Made by a program: the position numbers and the translations under genes. Positions 19,509-29,294 of a DNA stretch of 64,000 nucleotides are shown piece by piece. The DNA comes from an uncultured delta proteobacterium. GTDB lineage: Bacteria; Myxococcota; Myxococcia; Myxococcales; 40CM-4-68-19. Each line of letters starts with the position of its first letter. Positions within the stretch are counted from its first letter, which is position 1. Location: NCBI GenBank assembly GCA_903911145.1, contig CAIWCD010000002.1, positions 124,001 through 188,000 of the forward strand. The letters run 5' to 3'. The notes under the pieces were generated by a model. That model ran no database searches and had not been told where the DNA came from. It saw nothing but the letters and a program-made list of their open reading frames with translations.

Positions 19509-21236
19509 ATGGACGTCCGCTGCGACAAGTGCCAGGCCCGCTACCGCATCGACGACGCGCGTGTGGGTCCCAACGGACTCACGATGCGCTGCGGAAAGTG
19601 CGGCAACACCTTCAAGGTCTCGAAGGACAGCGCCGCGTCTGCGAACGTCTCGAAGCCCGCGCCAGCCGCGGCTCCCGAGGAGGTTCCTGGCTCGACGATG
19701 ATGTTCAAGGCCCCAAGCGCCGCGCCCAAGACCGCTCCCGCCGCTCCCGCGAAGCCGTCCGCGCCGCCCGCTGTTCCGGAGGAGGTTCCCGGCTCGACCA
19801 TGATGTTCAAGGCCCCGAGCGTCGCGCCCAAGTCTGCTCCCGCGCCGGCACCCGCCGCACCCGCCGCACCCGCGAAGCCTCTCGCTGTTCCGGAGGAGGT
19901 CCCCGGCTCGACGATGATGTTCAAGGCTCCGAACGTCGCGGCAAAGTCTGCTCCCGCGACTGCGCCCGGAGCAAAGATCTCCGATCCGGGCTCAACGATG
20001 ATGTTCGGCTCCGCGAAGGTTGCGCCGATCAAACTGCCGCCCGCGCCCGAGACGAGCGAGAGCCCGGATCAGATCCCGACAGCCGCCTCCACTCCGCGGG
20101 TCCCGCCCGCAGCCCCGCCGGCACCGGCCGCGCGCGCTGCTCCCGCAATCCCCGAAGAAGAGTCGGTGACGTCGAACGGCGAAGAGGCCCCGGCAGACGA
20201 GCCGACGCAATCCGACGAACCGGAGCAGCCGGCAGCACCGCAAGAGGCGCCTCAAGAAGAGCCAGCGCAGGAAGAATCGGCGCAGCAAGAGGAGACGGCG
20301 CAAGAGGAGACGGCATCCTCTGTTGGTGACGAAGGCGTCGATGAGCATGCAATGACCGGCGAGGCCCCGGCGCCTGGTGCGGACGATCTGCCGCATCCGC
20401 CTGCTCGCAAGCAGCCGATGTCGCAGGGAGCGAAGCTCGGGATCGCTGGCATCAGCGCGGTCGTGGCGCTCGGTCTGGTCGGTGGCGTCTACAAGCTGAA
20501 GTTCGCCGCGCAGCCTCCTCCTGCGGCGGCAATCGAGGCGCTCAACGAGAGCCGCAAGCTCCTCGACAAGGACTCGCTCTCCCTCTTCGCGCAGGCGCTC
20601 GAGACAGAAGAAGCGGCCCGCGCTTCGGCTCCACGCAGCGAGTTCGGCGAGGCCCACGCGCTGCACGCGCAGATCGAACTGGCATGGAGCGATGCGCTCT
20701 CCGACCAGTCGCTCCTGCTTGCCGACAAGGCCTCGAAGCTCGACGACGAGAAGAAGAAGACCGAAGCCGACGCCGCCGCGAAGAAGGCCGAATCCGAATC
20801 GGCGATCCACCGCAAGGCCGCGCTGGCCGCGGCTTCGCTCGGCACCAAGAGCGCGCCGCTCTCGGCAGAGATCCACCTCGCGCTCGCCGATTACTACCGG
20901 GCGGGCAAGAGCCAGACGAACTACGATCGCGAGATGAAGAAGGCGATCGCCGGCAAGCTCGACGAGGGTGAACTCGCGGCAGTCGATGGCGCGTGGCTGC
21001 TCATCCAGGAGGATGGCGAGAAGGCGCTCGCCAAGCTCAAGACCGCGCTGGCGGCCGATCCGCAGAACGCTCGCATCCAGTACCGAATCGCGCAGGCGCA
21101 GGCGCTCCTCAAGAACGACGCGGAGGAGAAGAAGGCGCTCGAGGCGACGCTCAAGATCTCGCCGACGCACGAGCGGGCCAAGCTGCTGCTCGAGTCGCTC
21201 AAAGCGGCCGAGGCTCCCGCGCAAGGCGGCCAGTAG
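19509..21236 (+). CDS. Zinc-ribbon (MJ0042-like) / disordered linker / single TM / TPR-like protein
   Basis: CDKC...CGKC at N-terminus; Pro/Ala and acidic linker; TM LGIAGISAVVALGLVGGVY; C-terminal TPR-like helices. Confidence 0.85.
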   Translation: MDVRCDKCQARYRIDDARVGPNGLTMRCGKCGNTFKVSKDSAASANVSKPAPAAAPEEVPGSTMMFKAPSAAPKTAPAAPAKPSAPPAVPEEVPGSTMMFKAPSVAPKSAPAPAPAAPAAPAKPLAVPEEVPGSTMMFKAPNVAAKSAPATAPGAKISDPGSTMMFGSAKVAPIKLPPAPETSESPDQIPTAASTPRVPPAAPPAPAARAAPAIPEEESVTSNGEEAPADEPTQSDEPEQPAAPQEAPQEEPAQEESAQQEETAQEETASSVGDEGVDEHAMTGEAPAPGADDLPHPPARKQPMSQGAKLGIAGISAVVALGLVGGVYKLKFAAQPPPAAAIEALNESRKLLDKDSLSLFAQALETEEAARASAPRSEFGEAHALHAQIELAWSDALSDQSLLLADKASKLDDEKKKTEADAAAKKAESESAIHRKAALAAASLGTKSAPLSAEIHLALADYYRAGKSQTNYDREMKKAIAGKLDEGELAAVDGAWLLIQEDGEKALAKLKTALAADPQNARIQYRIAQAQALLKNDAEEKKALEATLKISPTHERAKLLLESLKAAEAPAQGGQ

Positions 21237-21362
21237 CCGCTGCGCGCACGCTCGCCGACGTCACCGGAGCGCACGCGCAGATGTGTTGAGTACCAATATT
21301 TGGCACTCAAATTATTTTGCGGTTCGCGCCCCCGAGACACGGGGCGCGCAAAGGAGAACAAC

Positions 21363-21665
21363 GTGGCCATCGATCGTGCGCAGGTCCGGCATGTGGCGCA
21401 CCTCGCGCGCTTGAGTCTCTCGGCCGCCGAGGAGGAGAAGTTCGCCATCCAGCTCTCGCAGGTGCTCGGCTACATCGAGAAGTTGAACGCCGTCGACGTG
21501 ACGGGCATCGAGCCGCTCGCATTCGCGGGCGATCAGGATCCGTCGCAGGCGAAGGCCGCCCTGCGCGACGATCGCGCGCTCCCTGGCCTGCCGCGTGAAG
21601 AGGCGCTCTCGGGCGCTCCGCAGCGCGATGCACAGGCCTTCCTCGTTCCCCGGATCATTGAGTGA
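21363..21665 (+). CDS. gatC: Asp/Glu-tRNA amidotransferase subunit C
   Basis: [26 protein letters not shown]. Confidence 0.94.
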   Translation: MAIDRAQVRHVAHLARLSLSAAEEEKFAIQLSQVLGYIEKLNAVDVTGIEPLAFAGDQDPSQAKAALRDDRALPGLPREEALSGAPQRDAQAFLVPRIIE

Positions 21666-23140
21666 CCGCGATGGATCCCTCCAGCTTGTCCCTCGGCGCT
21701 CTCTCCGATGCGCTCGCGCGCGGCGAGACCAGCGCCTCGAGCGCCCTCGACGCATCTCTCTCCCGCATCCGCGCGCATGACGGAGAGGTGAAAGCATTCC
21801 TCCGCCTCGACGAAGCTGGCGCGCGCAAAGCCGCACTGGGCGCGGACGAGCGGCGTTCCAGGAAAGCGCCGCTCTCGCCGCTCGACGGCGTCCCGGTCGG
21901 CCTCAAGGACATCTTCTGCCAGCGCGGGATCGAGACGACGTGCGGCTCGAAGATCCTCTCCGGCTGGAAGGCACCGTACTCGGCCACGGTCGTCGAGCGC
22001 CTCGAGCGCGCGGGCGCCGTGCTCGTCGGCAAGCTCAACATGGACGAGTTCGCGATGGGCTCCTCGACGGAGAACAGCGCGTTCGGCACCACGCACAATC
22101 CGTGGGATCTCACGCGCACACCCGGCGGCTCCTCGGGCGGCTCGGCCGCGGCTGTGGCGGCCCGGCTCGTTCCCGGCACGCTCGGCACCGACACGGGCGG
22201 CTCGATCCGCCAGCCTGCGTCCCTCGTCGGCTGCGTCGGAATGAAGCCGACGTACGGCCGCGTCTCCCGCTTCGGCGTCATCGCGTTCGCGAGCTCTCTC
22301 GATCAGGTCGGGCCGTTCGCTCAAGACGTGCGCGGCTGCGCGATGCTGCTCTCGGCCATCTCCGGCCGCGACGAGCGCGACCAGACCTCCTCTGCTCGCG
22401 CGGTCCCCGACTTCACGTCGTCATGCGCGCGCGACGTGCGCGGCCTGCGCATCGGTGTGCCGCAGGAGTTCTTCGGCGAGGGCCTCGATCCCGAGGTCGA
22501 GAAGGCCGTGCGCGCGACGATGGCGCGCTTCGAATCGCTCGGCTGCACGATGAAGCCGATCTCGCTCCCGACCGCGCCCCATGCGATCGCGACGTACTAC
22601 ATCGTCGCCACTGCCGAGGCCTCCTCGAACCTCGCGCGCTACGACGGCGTGCGCTTCGGGCACCGCACGAAAGACGTCGGCTCGCTCGTTGAGATGTACG
22701 GCAAGACGCGCGACGAGGGGTTCGGCGCCGAGGTCAAACGCCGCATCATGCTCGGCACCTATGCGCTCTCGGCCGGCTACTACGACGCCTATTACATCCG
22801 CGCCCAGAAGGTTCGCGCGCTCATCCAGCGGGACTTTCTGCGCGCGTTCGCAGAGGTGGACGCGGTGATCTCGCCGACCTCGCCGACCGCCGCGTTCAAG
22901 CTCGGCGAGAAGCTCGACGATCCGCTCGCGATGTATCTCAACGACATCTACACGGTGCCCGCGAACCTTGCCGGCCTGCCCGGCCTCTCTGCGCCGGCGG
23001 GTTTCACCTCGAGCGGCTTGCCGATCGGCTACCAGCTCGTCGGCCGCCCCTGGGACGAGGAGACGCTCTTCGCGCTCGCCGCCGCCCACGAGCGCACGAC
23101 CGACTTTCACACCCGCGCACCTGCGCTGGGGAAGGCCTAA
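21662..23140 (+). CDS. gatA: Asp/Glu-tRNA amidotransferase subunit A
   Basis: [56 protein letters not shown]. Confidence 0.97.
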   Translation: MTAMDPSSLSLGALSDALARGETSASSALDASLSRIRAHDGEVKAFLRLDEAGARKAALGADERRSRKAPLSPLDGVPVGLKDIFCQRGIETTCGSKILSGWKAPYSATVVERLERAGAVLVGKLNMDEFAMGSSTENSAFGTTHNPWDLTRTPGGSSGGSAAAVAARLVPGTLGTDTGGSIRQPASLVGCVGMKPTYGRVSRFGVIAFASSLDQVGPFAQDVRGCAMLLSAISGRDERDQTSSARAVPDFTSSCARDVRGLRIGVPQEFFGEGLDPEVEKAVRATMARFESLGCTMKPISLPTAPHAIATYYIVATAEASSNLARYDGVRFGHRTKDVGSLVEMYGKTRDEGFGAEVKRRIMLGTYALSAGYYDAYYIRAQKVRALIQRDFLRAFAEVDAVISPTSPTAAFKLGEKLDDPLAMYLNDIYTVPANLAGLPGLSAPAGFTSSGLPIGYQLVGRPWDEETLFALAAAHERTTDFHTRAPALGKA

Positions 23141-23143
23141 GCC

Positions 23144-24589
23144 ATGCCCGTCGCCGATTTCGAGCCGGTCATCGGACTGGAAGTCCACGCGCAGCTGCTC
23201 ACCGAGAGCAAGATCTTCTGCGGCTGCTCCACTGCGTTCGGCGCGCCGCCCAATACGCAGGTCTGCCCCGTCTGCCTCGCGCTGCCGGGCAGCCTGCCCG
23301 CGCTCAACCGCAAGGTCGTCGAAATGGCGATCAAGGCCGGCAAGGCGCTCGGCTGCAAGATCGCGGAGCGCTCGGTCTTCGCGCGCAAGAACTACTTCTA
23401 TCCGGACCTGCCCAAGGGCTACCAGATCAGCCAGTACGAGCTGCCGATCTGCCTGGGCGGAACCGTGCACGTGGCGCAGCCCGATGGCTCGCTGCGCGGC
23501 TTTGGCCTCACGCGCATCCACATCGAAGAGGACGCCGGCAAGAACATCCACGGCGACGCGGCGAGCGAGGTCGACTTGAACCGCGCGGGCACGCCGCTGA
23601 TCGAGATCGTCGGCGAGCCTGAGCTGCGCTCGGCGGACGAGGCGACCGAGTATTTGAAGTCGCTGCGCCTGACGCTCGTCTACCTCGGCATCAACGACGG
23701 CAACCTCGAAGAAGGCAGCTTCCGCTGCGACGCGAACGTCTCCGTGCGCCGCAAGGGGACCGAGAAGTTCGGCACGCGCGTCGAGCTCAAGAACATCAAC
23801 TCGTATCGCTTCATCCGGCAGGCGATCGAGTTCGAGATCGAGCGCCAGGTCGAGCTGATCGAGAGCGGAGGGACTGTGCGGCTCGAGACGCGGCTCTTCG
23901 ATCACGAGAAGGGAGTGACGCGCTCGATGCGCAGCAAAGAGGAGGCGAACGACTATCGCTACTTCCCCGAGCCCGACCTGCCGCCGCTGCTCGTCTCGAA
24001 GGAGTGGATTGATTCGGTCCAACTGCCCGCGCGCCTGCCGAACCAGGCATTCTCCGAGCTGGCGGCGAGCGGGATCCCCGCCACCGACGCGCGCACGATC
24101 ATCGCGGATGCCCGCCTCGTCACGCTCTACTTCGATGTGCTCGCGGCGCTGCCGGCGATCACCGACGAGGGGCGCAAATGGACGGCGAACACCCTCTGCG
24201 GCGAGCTCTCTCGCGCGCTCAACGACGGCACCGCGGATCTCGCGGCGCTCAAGTGCACGCCCGCGCAGATCGCACGCGTCTTCGCGCTCCAGACGGGCGG
24301 GACCATCTCCTCGACGGCCGGCCGCACCGTGCTCGCCGAGCTGTTCGCGACCGGCAGCGAGCCCGACGCGATCGTCACCGCGAAGGGTCTCGCGCAGGTG
24401 AGCGACACGGGCGCACTCGAAGCGATCGTCGACGCCGTGCTCGCCAAGAGCCCCGGCGAGGTCGAGAAGTACAAGGCTGGCAAGAAGAACCTGCTCGGGT
24501 TCTTCGTCGGCGCGGCGATGAAGGAGCTCAAGGGCAAGGGCAACCCGGGCGAGCTCAACAAGATCTTCAAGAGCAAGCTCGGCGATTAG
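23144..24589 (+). CDS. gatB: Asp/Glu-tRNA amidotransferase subunit B
   Basis: IGLEVHAQL, RKNYFYPDLPKGYQISQ, DLNRAGTPL, EEGSFRCDANVS, YRYFPEPDL. Confidence 0.97.
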   Translation: MPVADFEPVIGLEVHAQLLTESKIFCGCSTAFGAPPNTQVCPVCLALPGSLPALNRKVVEMAIKAGKALGCKIAERSVFARKNYFYPDLPKGYQISQYELPICLGGTVHVAQPDGSLRGFGLTRIHIEEDAGKNIHGDAASEVDLNRAGTPLIEIVGEPELRSADEATEYLKSLRLTLVYLGINDGNLEEGSFRCDANVSVRRKGTEKFGTRVELKNINSYRFIRQAIEFEIERQVELIESGGTVRLETRLFDHEKGVTRSMRSKEEANDYRYFPEPDLPPLLVSKEWIDSVQLPARLPNQAFSELAASGIPATDARTIIADARLVTLYFDVLAALPAITDEGRKWTANTLCGELSRALNDGTADLAALKCTPAQIARVFALQTGGTISSTAGRTVLAELFATGSEPDAIVTAKGLAQVSDTGALEAIVDAVLAKSPGEVEKYKAGKKNLLGFFVGAAMKELKGKGNPGELNKIFKSKLGD

Positions 24590-24745
24590 GTCGGCCCCCG
24601 CGGAGTCGCGCACGATCCGCGCGCAAAATGGGCGGTCGCGCTAATCGTGCGCGAATCGCGCCTGAAACGGTCGTCGATCCCTCCTCTTTCGTGGCACGGC
24701 CCGTGCTCGCCCTACGTCCAGGCACCGCCCAGGTGGGGAGTCCAC

Positions 24746-25018
24746 ATGCACATCGCGCTCAGCGCCATCAATGTTCTCATCGGTCTCGGGATCGTCTTCG
24801 GCGCGAATCTCACCGCCAAGCGATTGCGCGGCAGCACGATGTTCTGGGTCGCGGCCGTCTTCCTCTTCACGGGCCTCACTGTCGTCGCGCACGGACTCGC
24901 GGAGATCCTGAATCTCGGAGCCGGAACGAGCGCTGTCAGCTCCTACGTCGCGACGATCCTGCTCTTCTTCGCCGTGGTGATCGTCGATCTCTCCACCAAG
25001 GTTCTGGGGGTGAAGTGA
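24746..25018 (+). CDS. Small 3-TM membrane protein, unknown function
   Basis: GGGGAG RBS; three hydrophobic segments; TGATG-coupled to next gene. Confidence 0.75.
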   Translation: MHIALSAINVLIGLGIVFGANLTAKRLRGSTMFWVAAVFLFTGLTVVAHGLAEILNLGAGTSAVSSYVATILLFFAVVIVDLSTKVLGVK

Positions 25019-25308
25019 TGGGACCGCTCTCAGAAGCGCAGCTCACTCTCGCCTGCTACGGCACTGCGATCGTCCTCAATCTGATCATCACCGTCTATGG
25101 ATTCATCGTCGCAAAGCATCTCGGTGGCGAGGGCGTGTTCGCCAAGACGGCGAGCTTCACCTCCTGGGCTGCACTCGCGTTCGCCGTCTACAACGGAGCC
25201 GCGGCGATGCTCCCGCCCGAGTCGCTGGCAACGGCGGGGATCGAAATCGTCGGCACCGGGCTGCTCGCTGCAGCGACCTACCAGCTCTACACCTTGGTGA
25301 AAGGCTAG
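25018..25308 (+). CDS. Small 3-TM membrane protein, unknown function
   Basis: MGPLSEAQLTLACYG...; three hydrophobic segments. Confidence 0.75.
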   Translation: MGPLSEAQLTLACYGTAIVLNLIITVYGFIVAKHLGGEGVFAKTASFTSWAALAFAVYNGAAAMLPPESLATAGIEIVGTGLLAAATYQLYTLVKG

Positions 25309-25314
25309 CCCCCC

Positions 25315-25539
25315 ATGCCAAGCCCTCTCGCAGCAAAGGCGATCGAGCTGCTTTCACCAACCGTGGGAGATTTCGTAGCCAAGGCGAAGGTCAGCGCCGC
25401 CTGCAAGCTTGCCAAGGTTGATCTCGAAACGCTGGAGCGAAAGGATCTCGAACTGTTCGCCGACAAGCTGTCGATGACGTGCGAGCCGCTCGGTCATGCC
25501 GTCGCGGCGCAGGTCAAAAAGCACGCGTTGGCTCTGTAA
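25315..25539 (+). CDS. Small soluble helical protein (74 aa), unknown function
   Basis: 6 bp after previous stop; protein-like composition; followed by a hairpin. Confidence 0.75.
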   Translation: MPSPLAAKAIELLSPTVGDFVAKAKVSAACKLAKVDLETLERKDLELFADKLSMTCEPLGHAVAAQVKKHALAL

Positions 25540-25613
25540 CTCCCCTTCCAGCGGGAGGGATTGCAGTTTCGCGTCGAACCGCGTCCCGAGCAGCGCGCCG
25601 GATCGCGTCTTCG

Positions 25614-26393
25614 CTACGGGCAGGAGAGCACGATCTCCGTCGTCACACCGGCAGACACGGGATAGCTCGTGACTTGGGGCGCGAACGTATCGATGCAGCC
25701 GCTGTCCGGTGCTCCGAGGTTGATGCCGAGCGGCCCGGGAGCGAGATTGTAGAAGTAGACGGAGTCGCCGCGAACGACACGACCTGCGTCGGGGCCTGCT
25801 CCGACGAGCGCAGCACCGGCGCCCGCATCGCCTGATCCAGGAAAGCGAATCACCACCTCTCCGTGCGAGAAGTTATTGATCACGGCCGAGCCCAACTCAT
25901 CCTCCAGGCCGACCCAGGCGTCGATGTCCAGGTTGTGCAGATCGACCCGCAGGCCTTGCGGTGGCACGACAACAACTCTCTGCACGGGAACCTCGCCCTC
26001 GAGATTCGCCAGCAGCAGCAGTTGCTGGTTGGCCGGGACCAGCAGTGCGTATCCGCCATCCCCGTCGGTCAGAGACGAGCCGCCGTCGACGATGCCGATG
26101 GGGGTCACGTCTGCCGGGACGTTCGGTGTGCCGTTGAACGAATCGTAGATGACCAGCCCGCTCAACGATGCCGTCGATGCAGTCACCGAGCCGGCATCTC
26201 CCCCGTCCGATCCGCCGTCGGGAGTCGTGCCCGCGTCGCCGTCACCGGCGTCGCCATTCCCCGCGTCGCCCCCGCCTGCATCGGCCGGCCCGGCGTCGGC
26301 AGCCGGCGCAGCGGATTGAGAGCAGGCCACCGAGCAAGCGACAAACGCGACCACCGCGAATCTCCAGGCAGTGCCGACTCGAGCGATGTGCAT
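25614..26393 (-). CDS. Putative lipoprotein with DAG/DGG-rich linker and beta-rich domain
   Basis: Signal peptide ending VACS; DAGPADAGGGDAGNGDAGDGDAG. Confidence 0.7.
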   Translation of the reverse strand: MHIARVGTAWRFAVVAFVACSVACSQSAAPAADAGPADAGGGDAGNGDAGDGDAGTTPDGGSDGGDAGSVTASTASLSGLVIYDSFNGTPNVPADVTPIGIVDGGSSLTDGDGGYALLVPANQQLLLLANLEGEVPVQRVVVVPPQGLRVDLHNLDIDAWVGLEDELGSAVINNFSHGEVVIRFPGSGDAGAGAALVGAGPDAGRVVRGDSVYFYNLAPGPLGINLGAPDSGCIDTFAPQVTSYPVSAGVTTEIVLSCP

Positions 26394-26478
26394 CCTGCGA
26401 CTCTGGTCGTCGCATCCCCCGCAGCCCATCGGTCGGATGACGCGCGCGAGCCACCACCGCGCCCCGGCGCGCCTGTCG

Positions 26479-26760
26479 CTACATCTGCTCGTTGAACCCC
26501 TTCTCGAACAGCGCGGAGATTGCGTCGATGCAGGCCTTCGCGTCGTCTCCCTCTGCGTGCACCTGGATGCTCGAGCCCTGGGATGCCGCCAGCATCAGCA
26601 CCCCCATGATGCTCTTGCCGTTGACGTCCTGCCCATCCTTCGAGAGCGTCACCTCGCAAGCGTAGCGATTCGCCGTCTGGACCACCTGCGCGGCCGGGCG
26701 CGCATGCAGACCCATCTTGTTGCGGACGATGCACTCTTTGTCGATCGACTCGTCGGACAC
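26479..26760 (-). CDS. ptsH: Phosphocarrier protein HPr
   Basis: GLHARPAA (His15), NGKSIMGVLML (Ser46). Confidence 0.96.
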   Translation of the reverse strand: MSDESIDKECIVRNKMGLHARPAAQVVQTANRYACEVTLSKDGQDVNGKSIMGVLMLAASQGSSIQVHAEGDDAKACIDAISALFEKGFNEQM

Positions 26761-26802
26761 TCACGTTCCTTTCGCGCCCCACTTCGGGCGCGCACCACAT
26801 AG

Positions 26803-27618
26803 CTAGAAGAAGCGGCTCGACGCTGCAAGGCCCGCAACGAGCGCGAGATAGAGCACGACCAGAGGACGGGCGCGCGGCAAGAGCAGCGTCGCAACGACGA
26901 TCCCGGTGCCGACGATCAGCGCATGGATCGGGCGGTCGGAGAGCGCGGCAAAGAGTACGGCGTGGCCCGCGAGCGCACCCGCCATCACCGCGGCGGCAGC
27001 CTTGAGCAGACCCGTGCCGGTCGGGATCTTTGCGTGGGCGACGACCTCGATCACGCCCGGCCCACGGCGCAGGCCAGCGACGAAGAGGATGGCGCGACCG
27101 CTCAGGTGGAGCGCGTTGTAGAGCACGAGGAAGACGCCGATGCTGCCGAGGCCGAGCGCTGGAACGGTGAGCGCTGCGACGAGTGCGCAGGCGGGGCGCA
27201 GCGCGAGCCAGTAGAAGCCGTCGCCGAGCGCTGCGAACGGTGGACCAAGCGCGCGCTTGAGTTGTGAGGGAGCCTCCGGCGGAAGCTCGCCGCGGGCGAC
27301 GCGCTCCTCTTGATGAATCGCTGCGCCGAGAATTCCTGCAGCCAGATACGGGTGGCAGTTGAAGAACTCGAGGTGCCGCTCGAGTGCGCGGCGACGAGCC
27401 GGCTCGTGTGTGTAGATGGCCGTCAGCGCGGGGGTGATCGCGTAGCAGAAGCCGAGGTTCTGCATCCCTTCCGGGTTCCATCCGGCCTGGAGGAAGAACG
27501 AGCGGAAGAAGACGCGAAAGAGCGTGAAGCGCGAGGGGCGGCCGGGTGCCGGCCTCGGCTTCCCCGGTGCGCTGGGCGTTCGCCAGTCGTGCGACGACGG
27601 TGGAGGGAGCGCGCTCAT
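26803..27618 (-). CDS. PTS mannose/fructose/sorbose family IID
   Basis: LQAGWN.EGMQNLGF, RHLEFFNCHP, GPPFAALGD. Confidence 0.92.
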   Translation of the reverse strand: MSALPPPSSHDWRTPSAPGKPRPAPGRPSRFTLFRVFFRSFFLQAGWNPEGMQNLGFCYAITPALTAIYTHEPARRRALERHLEFFNCHPYLAAGILGAAIHQEERVARGELPPEAPSQLKRALGPPFAALGDGFYWLALRPACALVAALTVPALGLGSIGVFLVLYNALHLSGRAILFVAGLRRGPGVIEVVAHAKIPTGTGLLKAAAAVMAGALAGHAVLFAALSDRPIHALIVGTGIVVATLLLPRARPLVVLYLALVAGLAASSRFF

Positions 27619-28346
27619 CCGTGCAGCCTCATGATGAGCGCCGCGGCGAAGACGGCCAGTGCAGCTGCGCCCGCAAGAGGGATCGCGCGGCGAGCGCGAA
27701 TCGCTCGGATCGCCGCGGCGATCGAGAGTGCCTGTGCAGCATGCCAGCTGCCCCCCAGGTCAATCTCAAGCCGACCATGAACGTGCATGCGCAGAGCCGC
27801 CAGCAGGGGCGACGCGAGCACCAGCGCCGCGCAGATCGCGGCGGTCGTGAGGAACGGCCAGAGAAGCCCGCGCAGCTGCACCCGCGCAGGATCAGCCTCG
27901 CCCATCGCCACGGCGACGCGCGCCCGCGCCGAGAGCGAGACTGCGTGAAACTCTCCTTGCCGATCGAGCCAGCGACCCAACAGCGCCAGCGGCGCGAGCA
28001 GCACCAGCCCGAGCGCCGCGAGCGATTCGTCGACGCCCGTTCCTGCCGCCAGTCCCGCCGGGATGGCCGCCGAAGCGAGCGCCGCGCAGAGCAGCGTCTC
28101 GTTCTCCGGCACCGAGCCGCCGAGGTTGACGCCACCGAGAAAGAGCAGTTCGAGCGGAACCCCGATGAAGAGCCCGCCAGCCAGATCTCCGAGGAGAAGT
28201 CCGAAGAGCGGCGCGAGCACCAGCGGCCGACTGAGCATCAGCTGAAAGGCACCCTTGCGCTCGATCGACGCGAGACCGCCCAGCAGCGCCGCAGCGCAGG
28301 CAAGCAGCGCGAGATGGAAGAGACCGCCCGCAGGCAGAAGGAGCAC
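27615..28346 (-). CDS. PTS mannose-family IIC
   Basis: QLMLSRPLV, GDL..GL.IG..LELL.LG....GGS.P. Confidence 0.88.
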   Translation of the reverse strand: MLLLPAGGLFHLALLACAAALLGGLASIERKGAFQLMLSRPLVLAPLFGLLLGDLAGGLFIGVPLELLFLGGVNLGGSVPENETLLCAALASAAIPAGLAAGTGVDESLAALGLVLLAPLALLGRWLDRQGEFHAVSLSARARVAVAMGEADPARVQLRGLLWPFLTTAAICAALVLASPLLAALRMHVHGRLEIDLGGSWHAAQALSIAAAIRAIRARRAIPLAGAAALAVFAAALIMRLHG

Positions 28347-28377
28347 GCGCGCATCGTACCGCGCCCGCCGCGACGGG

Positions 28378-28875
28378 CTAGAGCTGATCGTGTCGTGCGC
28401 GCAGCGTAGCGAGGGAGAGCGGTGCGTCTGCGGGAACGGCGCGCCACTCGATCTGCGTGCCCGCGCGCGCGAGCGACTCGAGCGACTCGAGCTCAGCGGC
28501 GTCGAGATAGAGCGTCGGTGCGGCCTGTTTGCGGCCGGGGCGGAAGTGGACGTTGCCGAGGTTGAGCCGCGCAATCGGCACGCCGAGCCGGGTCAGCGCG
28601 ACCGCACTCTGCACCTCGCGCAACAGAAGCATCGTGCGCTCGGGCAGGCTGGGCGCGGCTCCGCGCAACTTCTCGGCGGCCTGCGCGAGCGTGAAGATCT
28701 CGAGCTGGAGGTCCGGCCCCATCGCCAGCCCCATCGCCATGCGGGCCAGCGCATCGCCCGCGGCCTCGTCGTCCGCGACCCAGAGATGCGCGAGCTTCAG
28801 CTCGGGAACCCAGGCCTCGAGAACCTGCCCGTGCACGAGCCGGTTGTCGACGCGCACGAGGAGCGGCGCGGTCAC
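28378..28875 (-). CDS. PTS mannose-family IIB
   Basis: RVDNRLVHGQV, LNLGNVH. Confidence 0.92.
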   Translation of the reverse strand: MTAPLLVRVDNRLVHGQVLEAWVPELKLAHLWVADDEAAGDALARMAMGLAMGPDLQLEIFTLAQAAEKLRGAAPSLPERTMLLLREVQSAVALTRLGVPIARLNLGNVHFRPGRKQAAPTLYLDAAELESLESLARAGTQIEWRAVPADAPLSLATLRARHDQL

Positions 28876-29285
28876 GCCTTCTTCTCTCGCACCAGATCGC
28901 TCGCATCGACGATCGACTTCTGGCCCGCCAGCGCGAGCGCACGCGCCAATTCGATCGCGCCGTACTCGTTGGCCCGAAGCGCATTGAGCTTGAGCATCAT
29001 CGGAAGATTGACGCCCGTGACCACCTCGACGTTGCGCTCGGCGAGCAGAGAGAGGCAGACGTTGGTGGTCGAGCCGCCGAGCAGGTCCGTCAGCAGCACC
29101 ACGCCCGCACCGCGATCTGCAGCCTTCACGGCAGCGCGCAGCGCATCGTGCATGTCGCAACCGAACGGCACCTCGAGCGCGCACGTTTCAAGCAGCGGGC
29201 CCACCACGCCCTCGGCGGTGCGGATGAGTTCCTGGGCGAGCCGACCATGCGTTGCGACAATGACGCCGATCATCGGTCGATCCAC
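28872..29285 (-). CDS. PTS mannose-family IIA
   Basis: VATHG.LA, LTDLLGGS, VTGVNLPM. Confidence 0.92.
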   Translation of the reverse strand: MDRPMIGVIVATHGRLAQELIRTAEGVVGPLLETCALEVPFGCDMHDALRAAVKAADRGAGVVLLTDLLGGSTTNVCLSLLAERNVEVVTGVNLPMMLKLNALRANEYGAIELARALALAGQKSIVDASDLVREKKA

Positions 29286-29294
29286 GTTGCGCCG

